From Terriglobia bacterium (GTDB lineage Bacteria; Acidobacteriota; Terriglobia; Acidiferrales; UBA7541): 64,000 bases of DNA. Where the stretch lies: positions 30,855 to 94,854 of the forward strand of contig JBGPPL010000007.1 of the NCBI GenBank assembly GCA_041488495.1, given 5' to 3'. Position 1 is the first letter of the stretch. Every line of letters begins with the position of its first letter. The position numbers were made by a program, and so were the translations under genes. Positions 9,783-17,281 of the stretch are shown one piece after another. Below the pieces are notes generated by a model. It saw nothing but the letters and a program-made list of their open reading frames with translations, was not told the origin of the DNA and did no database searches.

Positions 9783-9919
9783 GAGTACAGAAAAACTTAC
9801 TTTGCGTGTCATTCCGAGGAGCGAAGCGACGAGGAATCTCTCTTTCTTGCTAACTTTTTTAAAAGAGAGATTCCTCGCGGAGTTTATCCCGGCCCCTGCC
9901 GGGGCTCGGAACGACAGAG
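9783..9919. repeat. Right copy (~137 bp) of the composite palindromic repeat, inverted relative to 8806-8940
   Basis: The sequence is gagtacagaaaaacttactttgcgtgtcattccgaggagcgaagcgacgaggaatc...gattcctcgcggagtttatcccggcccctgccggggctcggaacgacagag. It fills the whole gap between the nuclease stop (9774) and the trpG stop (9924). Confidence 0.8.
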
Positions 9920-9923
9920 CTAC

Positions 9924-10520
9924 TTATTTTCGCAGCCTACTAGCCTGCAATTCAGTGGACTGCAGCGCGAGGAAATTCTGAAGAAGCTCCATGCCGACGT
10001 CGGTGAGGACTGATTCGGGATGGAACTGCACGCCTTCGATGAGGAGTTTTCGGTGGCGGAGACCCATGATGATGCCATCGGTTTTCGCGGAGATTTCGAG
10101 ATCGTTCGGAAGCGTTTTTTCCTCGACGATCAGCGAGTGGTAGCGCGTCGCGGCGAAATCCTGCGGCAGGTCCTTGAAAATCGTCTTGTTGTCGTGGTGG
10201 ATGCGGCTGGTCTTGCCGTGCATGATTTTCGGTGCGCGGATCACGCGGCCTCCGAACGCATAGCCAATCGCCTGGTGGCCGAGACACACGCCAAGAATGG
10301 GAATCACCCCGGCGAATCGGCGAATCACGTCCACGCAGATGCCGGAATCTTCCGGGGTGCCGGGACCGGGCGAGATGACGATGCGTTGCGGCTTTTTCCC
10401 GGCGATCTGGTCGAGCGTGATCTGATCGTTGCGATGCACTTCCACCTTCTCTCCTAACTGGCCGAGAAACTGCGCGAGGTTATAGGTGAACGAATCGTAG
10501 TTGTCGAGGAGCAGAATCAT
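9924..10520 (-). CDS. trpG: Anthranilate synthase component II / aminodeoxychorismate synthase glutamine amidotransferase
   Basis: The 198-aa ORF starts MILLLDNYDSFTYNL. The catalytic cysteine sits in ILGVCLGHQAI, and the His-Glu pair sits in GVQFHPES. Confidence 0.9.
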   Translation of the reverse strand: MILLLDNYDSFTYNLAQFLGQLGEKVEVHRNDQITLDQIAGKKPQRIVISPGPGTPEDSGICVDVIRRFAGVIPILGVCLGHQAIGYAFGGRVIRAPKIMHGKTSRIHHDNKTIFKDLPQDFAATRYHSLIVEEKTLPNDLEISAKTDGIIMGLRHRKLLIEGVQFHPESVLTDVGMELLQNFLALQSTELQASRLRK

Positions 10521-10623
10521 TGCCTGCGGTCCGTATCCGTCTTCCCTGCGTCAGCCACGAATAGACGGCCGCGCATGGAAAGACCAAAAGGAAAGTATAA
10601 GGTGAGTCGAGGAGCTACACAAA

Positions 10624-11190
10624 TCAAAGCGCCTGTGCGCGCATCGTATCGGGGTCCCGCTCTTCGTCATCGCGCCCGCATTTCTTGCGGGTTTCGGCCA
10701 CGTAGTCGTCGAGCTTGCCCTGCTCGCGCAGCTGGATCAGCTTGTCCATATGCGCCCAGCGCGACGCAGAGTCCTGCTTGAGGATTGCCTGGTAAGCCTT
10801 CAAGGCGCCGAGCAGACCCGCGAGGGCAATGGCCTGTTCGTCCTTGGCCTTGTCCGGATGCTCGATCATGAACGCGGCGCTCGAAAGTATCATTTGCCTG
10901 GTGATCTCCACGGAGTGCCCCCTCGGAGAATCGGGAAGCGTACCGAAATAATCGAAGCAGACATTCACGGTGATGTCAGGGATTTCCACGATCCATTGGA
11001 TCATCCAATCACGGTGTTCTTTTGCATCCCTGGAAAGCGGGTCCTGTTCAAGCTCGTTTGCCACCTTTACGGCCCGGGCGCGCTCTTCGGGGGTGGAGGG
11101 TTCGCGAATCTGCGCCCCACCCACTCGCGGCGTAAGGAATCCGATCAATAGAATTGCGATGGCGATGGCCCGCATGGCGTGCGCTTTCAT
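10624..11190 (-). CDS. Hypothetical secreted protein, located between trpE and trpG
   Basis: The 188-aa ORF has an N-terminal signal peptide (MRAIAIAILLIGFLTPRVGGAQ). I recognise no family. It is co-directional with trpE and trpG. Confidence 0.6.
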   Translation of the reverse strand: MKAHAMRAIAIAILLIGFLTPRVGGAQIREPSTPEERARAVKVANELEQDPLSRDAKEHRDWMIQWIVEIPDITVNVCFDYFGTLPDSPRGHSVEITRQMILSSAAFMIEHPDKAKDEQAIALAGLLGALKAYQAILKQDSASRWAHMDKLIQLREQGKLDDYVAETRKKCGRDDEERDPDTMRAQAL

Positions 11191-11358
11191 TGGGTGCTCC
11201 CCGCGGATGCCGACTGTGCAGCCGTCCCCGATTACCCCAGAAACGTATATTACATGAAGTGGTTCGTGAGTCGTAATTCGTAAGTCGTGAGAGTACGTTC
11301 GGATCGCCTATGAAATATGCATTTCGATTTTTACGGATCACGAGTCACGAATCACGAT

Positions 11359-12861
11359 TTACTTCCGCTTGCCGCCCGGCGCTGGATCCAACCCCCGATG
11401 AGCGATTTCGAGCGCGGCGAGCAGCGCGCGCGCCTTATTGATCGTCTCCACATACTCCTTCTCAGGGACAGAGTCCGCGACGAGGCCGGCGCCGGCCTGC
11501 ACATACGCCATCCCCTTCTTGACGACCATGGTTCGAATCGCGATGCAGGAATCGAGATTCCCCGTGAAATCGAGATACAGGATTGCTCCCCCATAGATGC
11601 CGCGGCGGGTGGGCTCAAGTTCGTCAATGATCTCCATGGCGCGGACTTTAGGCGCACCGGAGAGCGTGCCGCCGGGAAAACAGGCAGCCAGCGCTTCGAA
11701 GCAGTCGACATCTTCCCGCAGACGCCCGCGCAGGCTCGATACCAGGTGCATCACGTGCGAGTAACGCTCGACGAACATGAGTTTTTCGACGCGCACCGAG
11801 CCGTATTCCGAAACGCGGCCGAGATCATTACGGCCAAGATCAACAAGCATGATGTGCTCGGCGCGCTCTTTTGGATCGGCGGCGAGTTCTGTTTCCAGGT
11901 GCTGGTCTTCTTTTTCGTCGCTGCCGCGCGGACGCGTCCCGGCGATGGGGCGGTAAAACGCCTCGCGTCCCTGGACCTTGAGCAGCATTTCCGGCGAGCT
12001 GCCAACGACGGCAATGTCGCCCAGCTTCAGAAAATACATGTAAGGCGAAGGATTGACGACGCGCAGTGCGCGGTAAATCTCAAACGGATCGGCGTCGGTG
12101 CGCGCGGCAAACCGCTGGCTGATGGCGACCTGAAAGATGTCGCCAGCACGGATGTACTCCTTTGCCTTGCGCACGGCTCCGAGGAAGCGGGCGCGGGTGA
12201 AATTGGACGTCACCTTGAACGGACGAGGACGGCGGCGCTTCGGATGTTCCGCGGCCACAGGCTCGTCTAGGCGCTTGCGCGTGGCGCGAATTTCGCGCAC
12301 CGCGGCGTTGTACTTGGCACGAAGGCTGCCTTCGCCGCCGGTGAACACATTGCGCACAATCCACAACCGGTGCCGGACGTGATCGAACACAACCAGCCCA
12401 AGGAAAAACATCATCACCGCATCGTCCATTCCGACGTCATCGCGCGCCGTGTCGGGAATGCGCTCGACCAGGCGCACCATGTCATAGGCAAAGTAACCGA
12501 TCGCGCCGGCCACCAGCGGCGGCAGGCCCGGCACTCGCACGGGGCGATAGCGCTCAACGCGATTGCGCAAGTAATCGAGCGGATTGGATTGCACCCAGGA
12601 AACGCGGCTTTCGCTTTCGAGCACGCAAGCGCCGTTGACGTAGCGAAACACCTCGACGGGATTGGCGCCCACAAACGTGTAGCGGGCGATTTTTTCACCG
12701 CCCTCGACGCTTTCGAGCAGGCAGGCGTAACGCGCATCATGCGCGAGACGCTGGTAGGCGGAGACGGGCGTGAGCGTATCGGCCGTGAAAGTGTCATATA
12801 CGGGCACGAGATTGCCCTGTCGCGCGAGTTGGCAGAAGGTCTTGAAGTCCGGCTGAATCAT
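11359..12861 (-). CDS. trpE: Anthranilate synthase component I
   Basis: The 500-aa ORF contains LLESVEGGEKIARY, SPEMLLKV and the chorismate-binding C-terminus GGTLSGAPKVRAMEIIDELE...RGIYGGA. Its start overlaps the aroD-aroE stop by 4 nt. Confidence 0.95.
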   Translation of the reverse strand: MIQPDFKTFCQLARQGNLVPVYDTFTADTLTPVSAYQRLAHDARYACLLESVEGGEKIARYTFVGANPVEVFRYVNGACVLESESRVSWVQSNPLDYLRNRVERYRPVRVPGLPPLVAGAIGYFAYDMVRLVERIPDTARDDVGMDDAVMMFFLGLVVFDHVRHRLWIVRNVFTGGEGSLRAKYNAAVREIRATRKRLDEPVAAEHPKRRRPRPFKVTSNFTRARFLGAVRKAKEYIRAGDIFQVAISQRFAARTDADPFEIYRALRVVNPSPYMYFLKLGDIAVVGSSPEMLLKVQGREAFYRPIAGTRPRGSDEKEDQHLETELAADPKERAEHIMLVDLGRNDLGRVSEYGSVRVEKLMFVERYSHVMHLVSSLRGRLREDVDCFEALAACFPGGTLSGAPKVRAMEIIDELEPTRRGIYGGAILYLDFTGNLDSCIAIRTMVVKKGMAYVQAGAGLVADSVPEKEYVETINKARALLAALEIAHRGLDPAPGGKRK

Positions 12862-14384
12862 TGGGTTCCTTGAGATTTTTCTTCCCGCTCGAGCACTGCA
12901 AGTACCGCGCGGCGCGCAGCGGCTTCCGGCGCGCGCTCGCCCGTCCAGATTTCGTATTGCGAGAAACCCTGCGCGAGAAACATTTCAACCCCGGAAATAG
13001 TCTCGATGCCCCGGCGGCGGGCGCGCCGCAACAATTCGGTCGTGCGCGGACGATAGACCATGTCCATCACCAATCGGCAGTTGAGTTCCGCGCTCCTGAG
13101 CGGCGAACCGCCGTGCGGATGCATGCCGACGGGTGTGCAATTCACGATGGCGTCGAAAAATTCCCGGCGCAGTTCCGCGCGCGCCACGACCTGAGCCCCA
13201 ACGGCGCGGGCCAGCGCCCGGGCACGTTCCCGGCGCCGCGCCGAAAGACACACGACCGCCCCGGCCTGTGCCAAAGCGCAAGCAGCCGCTCGCGCCGCGC
13301 CTCCCGCTCCGAACAGCAGGACTCGACTCCCCGCGAGCTGCATGCGGCGCTCGAGGCTGCGCAGAACTCCGACGTAATCTGTATTGTACCCGTAGAGGCG
13401 CCCTCCGCCACGGACAACGACGGTGTTGACGGCCCCAATGCGCGCAGCCAACGGATCGCAGTCGTCGAGATGCCGGAGGATGCGGCCCTTGTGTGGGATC
13501 GTGATGGCGAATCCGGCGATGCCGAACGGCTGGATGGAGCGCAGGAAATCACCTAGATCATGGACCAGAAACGGCACAAAAACGGCGTCGAACTTGCGCG
13601 CGCGGAACGCTGTGTTGTGCAGCAACGGCGAGAGCGAATGGCCGATCGGGTTGCCGATCACGCCATAGACGCGAGTTCTGCGCGTGATCTGGCCGGCACG
13701 ATAGAGATGCTCCATCGCGTCGAGAGAAAGCTGGCCGGGCGCTGTGGCTTGTTCGACAGCGGCATAAGCGAGCGTGCTGCCCGCCCGCAACGCAAGAATG
13801 CGCCCTGCCAAGCCGACTTCACCCATGGGGATGGCGACGATATCACGGCGGCCCCGAGCAAGTTCGCAGATTCGGACACTATCGGAGATGGAATTGCAAT
13901 GGCTCGCAATTTTTGCGATTTCGCCCCCGGCACGAAAAAGCCGGCGAGCGATGGCCGGAAGTTTCCGGGGCGTCCGGCGGAAATCGTGATGGGATACCAT
14001 CAAGCGTGCAGGAGAAAGCATGCTCCGCAGCTTTGCCGATGAAATATGTTTCGCGGTTTCAATTTCGATGTCGCACCAGCGGCAGCCTGCCCGTACCGCT
14101 TGCGCCAGAACCTCGAGTTGCGCTTTGCGGTTGCCTCGAAACAGACCCCCTCCCTGACGGCTGCGGCAGGTTGCGATCAGCAACGCGCGGGGCCGGTTGC
14201 GGCCTAACCAGGCCAGAAACGCAGACCGTTCCCCGGAATCACGGAGATAGTCGAGGCGCAATTCGAGCGCCCGGGTTGATTTGAGCCCAAGGCGCACCTG
14301 GGAGATCATTTCGCGCGCCGTACCGGCGGCGATCACCCCGCAAACGCGATCTTTTCCGAACGGCTTCTCCAAGCGGTCCCCCAT
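12858..14384 (-). CDS. aroDE: Bifunctional 3-dehydroquinate dehydratase (type I) / shikimate 5-dehydrogenase fusion
   Basis: The 508-aa ORF has an N-terminal half with the AroD type I pattern (ELRLDYL, SHHDF, EIAKIAS). The C-terminal half has AroE motifs (VIGNPIGHSLSPLLHN, ITIPHK, GYNTDY, GAGGAARA). Confidence 0.85.
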   Translation of the reverse strand: MGDRLEKPFGKDRVCGVIAAGTAREMISQVRLGLKSTRALELRLDYLRDSGERSAFLAWLGRNRPRALLIATCRSRQGGGLFRGNRKAQLEVLAQAVRAGCRWCDIEIETAKHISSAKLRSMLSPARLMVSHHDFRRTPRKLPAIARRLFRAGGEIAKIASHCNSISDSVRICELARGRRDIVAIPMGEVGLAGRILALRAGSTLAYAAVEQATAPGQLSLDAMEHLYRAGQITRRTRVYGVIGNPIGHSLSPLLHNTAFRARKFDAVFVPFLVHDLGDFLRSIQPFGIAGFAITIPHKGRILRHLDDCDPLAARIGAVNTVVVRGGGRLYGYNTDYVGVLRSLERRMQLAGSRVLLFGAGGAARAAACALAQAGAVVCLSARRRERARALARAVGAQVVARAELRREFFDAIVNCTPVGMHPHGGSPLRSAELNCRLVMDMVYRPRTTELLRRARRRGIETISGVEMFLAQGFSQYEIWTGERAPEAAARRAVLAVLEREEKSQGTQ

Positions 14385-14450
14385 GCAAAGGCTAAACTTA
14401 AGGCTTTACCATGCGGTTGACGAGTATGTAAAGCGGGAGAGCGGGCTTTC

Positions 14451-14479
14451 TTGACGGTCAGTTTGCCGGGTGCTAGCTT
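14451..14479 (+). promoter_or_regulatory. Sigma-70-like promoter candidate for the 14540 gene
   Basis: TTGACG lies at 14451-14456, followed by a 17-nt spacer and TAGCTT at 14474-14479. The call rests on pattern match only. Confidence 0.3.
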
Positions 14480-14539
14480 GGGATGGAAGACCCTACCGGG
14501 GCTAGAGCGCTTTTTTCGATGGCAGGAGGAGCAGTTTCC

Positions 14540-15418
14540 ATGCGCAAATCGATTGGCTATCGTTTTCTCGCGATGGGACTTAGGTTGGGATTGGGCATGG
14601 CGATGGCTGCCAGCCTCGCTGAAGCACAGCAATCTCCCAGAGTTCCCAGCGAATCGGATCTCTATTGCTCGGGTATGGCGACCGATCAGGCCGTCCCGGC
14701 AGACACGTACTTAATTTCGGGTGAGAACTCCCGCTACAAGATTACGTTCCAGCAGGGAGACTATGTGTACATCAACCGGGGCGCTGAACAAGGCGTCAAG
14801 ATAGGTGACGAGTTTGAAGTCATTCGCCCGGAGCACGATTACCTGAAAAACAAATGGTTCAAGTGGCAGGAACAACTGACCCGTGCCATGGGAACCATGT
14901 ACGCCGACATCGGGCAAGTGCGCGTCATACGTGTGCAGGCAAAGACTTCGATCGCAGAATTGAAGCTGACCTGCGACATGATGCAGCGTGGTGACATTGT
15001 CCGCCCGTTCACAGCCCGGCCTGCACCCGCCTTTCGCGACGTGAAGTTCGATCCCTTCGCTGTCCCCTCCGGCAAGAAGACGGCTATGGTTGTAACCACG
15101 AAGCATTTCGGGCAAATCGCCGGATCAGGTGCGATCTTGTTCGTGAACCTGGGCAGCTCTCAGGGCGTGCAGGTGGGAGACTATTTCCGTGTATTCCGGT
15201 ACCAGGGAACGCACAACGACACGATTTACCAGGTCCGTGACATGACTTACAAGGTGTACGGGTTCGGGAGCACGCCGGTCGCGTACCAATGGGACAACCT
15301 CCCTCGGCAGGTTCTTGGCGAAGGGATTGTGCTGCGAACGGGGCCAAACTCGTCGACTGTGCTGATAACAACCGCCCGGGAAGAAGTGTACGACGGGGAT
15401 TACGTAGAGCTCGAATAA
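14540..15418 (+). CDS. Hypothetical secreted protein with an internal two-fold domain duplication
   Basis: The ORF 14483..15418 was trimmed to M20, which gives the signal peptide MRKSIGYRFLAMGLRLGLGMAMAASLAEA. The segments DYVYINRGAEQGVKIGDEFEVIR and AILFVNLGSSQGVQVGDYFRVFR align, as do the following segments ending in GD-[IY]-V. Confidence 0.65.
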   Translation: MRKSIGYRFLAMGLRLGLGMAMAASLAEAQQSPRVPSESDLYCSGMATDQAVPADTYLISGENSRYKITFQQGDYVYINRGAEQGVKIGDEFEVIRPEHDYLKNKWFKWQEQLTRAMGTMYADIGQVRVIRVQAKTSIAELKLTCDMMQRGDIVRPFTARPAPAFRDVKFDPFAVPSGKKTAMVVTTKHFGQIAGSGAILFVNLGSSQGVQVGDYFRVFRYQGTHNDTIYQVRDMTYKVYGFGSTPVAYQWDNLPRQVLGEGIVLRTGPNSSTVLITTAREEVYDGDYVELE

Positions 15419-15462
15419 CCGCCCGGAAAAGTTCCTTCACTCAATCCGCAGTGGAAACGAGG

Positions 15463-15498
15463 AGGCCCTGGTCCGAATCACTGATCAGGGCCTTTTGC
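15463..15498 (+). terminator. Rho-independent terminator candidate
   Basis: The stem aggccctg / cagggcct is a perfect 8 bp, extendable with one mismatch, and is followed by tttgcatt. It lies 45 nt after the stop at 15418. Confidence 0.45.
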
Positions 15499-15569
15499 AT
15501 TCGGCTCAAACCGCAATATCAGCGGTCACAATTGCGATGCGCGAAAAGATAGCAAGTAAACTCGCAATC

Positions 15570-16148
15570 TTACGGCCCGGAAAAGACTCGAAGGCTCGTG
15601 TCGGAGAAAACTTCAGCTGCGAATGCAAAGACGCGTGTGGAAGGTTCACTCCAGGCGTCACGCGGCAGACCGGCTTTGGCGCAGGTCTCTTCCAGAAACA
15701 CCTGGCAAGACCATCGGCGCTCGGCAGCGACCTGCGGAAGCAGCAATCCTCGGCGTTCGCCTTTAACGATCATTAGACCGTGACGGCCCACGATAATCGC
15801 TTCCAGTGCGATGGGCTCGAGAGCTGAAAGCACCGAAATTTCGATTTCAAGGCTTCGAATTTCCTCGGCCTCGACGGCAGGGAATCGGGAATCGTGCAGG
15901 GCTGCGTTGATGGCGGCTCGGGCGACCGTTTCCGCCAGTGGATCGGGGGATTCCACCTGGCCGACGCAGCCGCGGAGTTGGCCGCCGCGATGGAGTGTTA
16001 CAAACGCCCCTGCGGGCTCGGTGAGGGCTGCGGAGTACGGCGGAAAATCCGGAATCCGTTTCTCGATGATTGCGCTCGAAATCGCGCGGCGCGCGAGGTC
16101 CAACAATGCGCGGCAATCGTCACTGCAGAGTCGGGACATCCTGAGCAT
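15570..16148 (-). CDS. AMMECR1 domain protein
   Basis: The 192-aa ORF contains GAFVTLHRGGQLRGCVGQ, which matches the LRGC[IV]G signature, and DSRFPAV. It overlaps the pgsA 3' end. Confidence 0.8.
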   Translation of the reverse strand: MLRMSRLCSDDCRALLDLARRAISSAIIEKRIPDFPPYSAALTEPAGAFVTLHRGGQLRGCVGQVESPDPLAETVARAAINAALHDSRFPAVEAEEIRSLEIEISVLSALEPIALEAIIVGRHGLMIVKGERRGLLLPQVAAERRWSCQVFLEETCAKAGLPRDAWSEPSTRVFAFAAEVFSDTSLRVFSGP

Positions 16149-16749
16149 TCTTGCGCCGCTCGAGGGTTCTCAGGTGGCGCCTTTGTTTCACGCTGTCGTC
16201 CACACGGCCCCAAAACTTCTGAAAATACTGGACTGCCGAAACAACAGCGCTTCCCACAACCAGCCATAGCAGCAGGCGGCCCAGCGGCCGAAAGATCGCG
16301 TGTTTGGCCGCCAGAATGACGGCGCAGACGGCGATGACCTGGAGGACCATCTTCGTCTTGCCTAGCGCCGAGGCGGGAATTGTGAACCCTTCGGCGGAAG
16401 CGATGTTGCGCAAACCCAGAACGACAATCTCACGGCCGATGATGATCACCGCCATCCAGCCTTGCACCAGGTGCATTTCAACGAGCGAGATAAACGCCGC
16501 AGACATCAGCAGCTTGTCCGCGATGGGATCGAGCAAGATACCGAGCGTCGTAACTTCGCTGCGTCTCCGGGCGTAATAGCCGTCCGCCCAGTCGGTGGCT
16601 GCAGCCGCCAGCAGAATGAGAACGCCCCAAATAGCAAAATTAATCGGCACACCAAAAAAAATAACATTGGGTGCGCGCGTCAATAGGACAACGACCAGCA
16701 CCGGAATAAAGAAGATCCGTAGAATCGTCAGGCTATTCGGCAGGTTCAT
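16120..16749 (-). CDS. pgsA: CDP-diacylglycerol--glycerol-3-phosphate 3-phosphatidyltransferase
   Basis: The 209-aa ORF starts MNLPNSLTILRIFFIP. It has the CDP-alcohol phosphatidyltransferase motif DWADGYYARRRSEVTTLGILLDPIADKL. Confidence 0.9.
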   Translation of the reverse strand: MNLPNSLTILRIFFIPVLVVVLLTRAPNVIFFGVPINFAIWGVLILLAAAATDWADGYYARRRSEVTTLGILLDPIADKLLMSAAFISLVEMHLVQGWMAVIIIGREIVVLGLRNIASAEGFTIPASALGKTKMVLQVIAVCAVILAAKHAIFRPLGRLLLWLVVGSAVVSAVQYFQKFWGRVDDSVKQRRHLRTLERRKNAQDVPTLQ

Positions 16750-17281
16750 GACGCACCCGGGGGGCTCCCCTATGAAGAAACCAAGTGCCCGCCCAGTCGC
16801 GAGGCATCCCCACTATAGACGTACACTTGCAGGCAGTCAACGATTGGTCCAAAAGAGTACCGATGGGCTGCATTCAGGGCTCTCTATTGAGATATTAACG
16901 GGTGCCATTTTGTTACTGATAATGAACATGAGTGCTGCAAGGCTGTGCAAATCAGGACTTTGCGACCGGTAAGACCTGCTGGAACTCCGATGCTGCGGCA
17001 TGTAGCAAATTAAGACGCAACCTATTGTAAATAAAAGACTTTTCGGTAAGCAAAAGGGTGAGCAAGGAGCAGAGATTACCTAATCTGCTAATCGCACTCA
17101 TTCGACCAAAATCCGATTTCCACAAGAATTTCACAATCGATCGGCGCTGGGAATCACCACTATACTTGCTAAGCCGGGCATCTGTATTTGTTCAAATCTC
17201 TGGTTTTTGAAGGGTTTGGAAAGATGGGCTGCGTCAGATCACATGTCAGGAAACCCGGCGTTGCGGGCGTGAGACTCCGGA

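Noticed and set aside
8806-9919. I considered whether the repeated elements could be a CRISPR array or the inverted repeats of a conventional IS element.
   Set aside because: There are only two copies, they are in inverted orientation and they are about 135 bp long. There are no regularly spaced direct repeats, so this is not CRISPR. There is no DDE, HUH or serine/tyrosine recombinase gene and no target-site duplication, so it is not a recognisable IS.
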